Origin: Nitrospirota bacterium
Lineage (GTDB): Bacteria; Nitrospirota; UBA9217
Direction of reading: 5' to 3'
Assembly (NCBI GenBank): GCA_963751455.1
Contig: CAVVUN010000003.1
Span: 1-64,000 of the forward strand
DNA length: 64,000 nt
Shown here: positions 62,707 through 64,000 of the stretch, piece after piece
How the letters are laid out: every line of letters begins with the position of its first letter
Numbering within the stretch: the stretch's first letter is position 1
The notes under the pieces: generated by a model
What the model saw: the letters and a program-made list of their open reading frames with translations, nothing else
What the model was told of the DNA's origin: nothing
Databases searched by the model: none
Program-made: the position numbers and the translations under genes

Positions 62707-63200
62707 TATAATTGGAGGCAGTCCCCGCTAATTGCGGGCAACGAGAGCTACTCTAGACTTGATAATCATATCAAGGCAGCACCTCAGCATACCAGAGCGC
62801 TTCAGCACTCTGGTATGTTTCAAGGAAAGAGGCCAATCTAACCTTGGAGGTGCTATATGAAATTATATGTCGGTTCAGACTTACATTCAACCAACACACC
62901 TTGGAATCAAGGATGCTGAAGGGAAACGGGTATTCGGGAAGAAGCTGCCTTACAATCGCGAAGTCATCCTGAGCACTCTCGAAGCCATACCAAAATGATA
63001 TTGCAGGAATTGTCGTCGAGTCTACCTACAACTGGTATTGGCTTGTTGACATACTGATGACAGAAGGTTACAAGGTGCATTTAGCTGATCCGGCAGAGAT
63101 TCAGAAATACACAGGATTAAAATATGATCGAGATGATGCTTTCTGGCTGGCTGAGATGCTGCGCCTGGGCATCCTGCCTGAAGGAAAGAGGGGCTTTAGG
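62707..63200 (+). mobile_element. Degenerate IS110-family element: structured left end plus a frameshifted DEDD transposase fragment (ATG 62857); right limit approximate
   Basis: MKLYVGSDLHS.., IVVESTYNWYWLVD.., KYDRDDAFWLAEMLRLGILPEG read across frames. Confidence 0.8.
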
Positions 63201-63298
63201 GAGCGACCGAAATGAACTATCGCTCTCTTGCTCATTTTTTCGCTGCCCATCGTTTAAGCGCCATTCAGTCGCGTTACTTCGTCATTATTCCCGGTGTC

Positions 63299-64000
63299 TC
63301 ACGTATCCTTAAGAAAAAGACTTCTAACCTTATTGGCTCCGATCAATTCCTTCAGCAGCGTATAATTTTTTTTCTCATACCTGATGCGTCCCGCCGGAAT
63401 CGCGGGACTGATCCTCAGCTCCTCGGCAAATGCCCGCACCGCCTGCGCTGAATAGCGGCGGGAAAGCCCGGCCCTGGTCCATTGCTTGGACGGTATGAGC
63501 GCTTCCGACGCGAGCTTGTCCGCTTCCTTCTCAACCCTCTCTGTTCCGGCTTGCGAGAAATCGTCAAAAAAAATGTCCAGGGCGTTTTTATCCAGGTGAA
63601 GGGCGATGTGGGCCAGTTCATGGCAGAGCGTGAACCAGAAGTGGTCCAACCGGTCGTAGCGCAGCGTCAGCGCGACCAAGGGGGACCCGTCGGAAAGTTT
63701 TATCGCGGCCCCATCCAGAAACGTCTTCGGCAGATGAAGTTCCACAAGAAAATGAATTCCGTTTTTGTTCAGGAATTCTTTGGCAAGCTTCGGGCCGGCA
63801 TCAAGGTAACTCAGCCGGACCAACTCGCGCAGAAAATCAGGGGTGATCGAGCCCGGCCGATACGGAGGCAAGGATTCCCGCATCGCAAGGGTGGAAACAC
63901 GGATGCGCCAGGCGGCCAGCGCGTACGGGTCCATGTTACCGCCGCTCCGGACGTGCTGCCGGTTCAAGGCGGGCTGCAAGGCTTCAACCCCGATCGGTCC
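63299..64000 (-). CDS. ImmA/IrrE-type Zn metallopeptidase domain protein (HigA-like HTH-peptidase); N-terminus lies beyond the window
   Basis: LPKTFLDGA, LTLRYDRLDHFWFTLCHELAH (HExxH), EKEAD. Confidence 0.85.
   Translation of the reverse strand, partial: GPIGVEALQPALNRQHVRSGGNMDPYALAAWRIRVSTLAMRESLPPYRPGSITPDFLRELVRLSYLDAGPKLAKEFLNKNGIHFLVELHLPKTFLDGAAIKLSDGSPLVALTLRYDRLDHFWFTLCHELAHIALHLDKNALDIFFDDFSQAGTERVEKEADKLASEALIPSKQWTRAGLSRRYSAQAVRAFAEELRISPAIPAGRIRYEKKNYTLLKELIGANKVRSLFLKDT

Overview
64 kb of chromosome from an anaerobic Gram-negative bacterium. GC is moderately high, and the gene content and intergenic repeat style resemble Nitrospirota or Desulfobacterota (inference only). Almost all genes are on the minus strand. 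(1) 1-17 kb: a Wood-Ljungdahl/C1-folate cluster, cooC-fau-folE-hdrCBA-mvhD-metV-metF-panB-thyX-cooC(acsF)-DUF2520-acsE-acsD-acsC-acsB. mvhD reads through an in-frame TGA followed by a SECIS-like hairpin, so it is a probable selenoprotein. Genes in the first ~7.5 kb carry many single-base frameshifts, most likely sequencing errors. (2) 17-32 kb: a cheY-STAS-cheA-MCP-cheW-MCP-SBP-MCP-cheR-cheD-cheB cluster with two receptors carrying extracytoplasmic CZB-like domains and two PhnD-like binding proteins that have no transporter. (3) 33-50 kb: pstSCAB-phoU, an unusual phosphorelay, a PHP / GT21 glucosyltransferase / OlsF-like / flippase operon, a porin and a GH1 glycosidase. Five promoters here share an 11-bp-periodic Pho-box-like array placed exactly 9 nt from a -10 hexamer, which suggests a phosphate-starvation membrane-remodelling island. 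(4) 50-64 kb: an accessory region with an IS630 inside a phosphoesterase, a RES-Xre toxin-antitoxin pair, VOC/SRPBCC/RibD_C genes, IS3 and IS110 remnants, and a low-GC HEPN + KGGVGR-ParA-like ATPase + P-loop ATPase operon that is a candidate uncharacterised defence system. A small structured repeat family with covarying stems is inserted into hairpins across the window. All family assignments come from motif recognition, not database searches.
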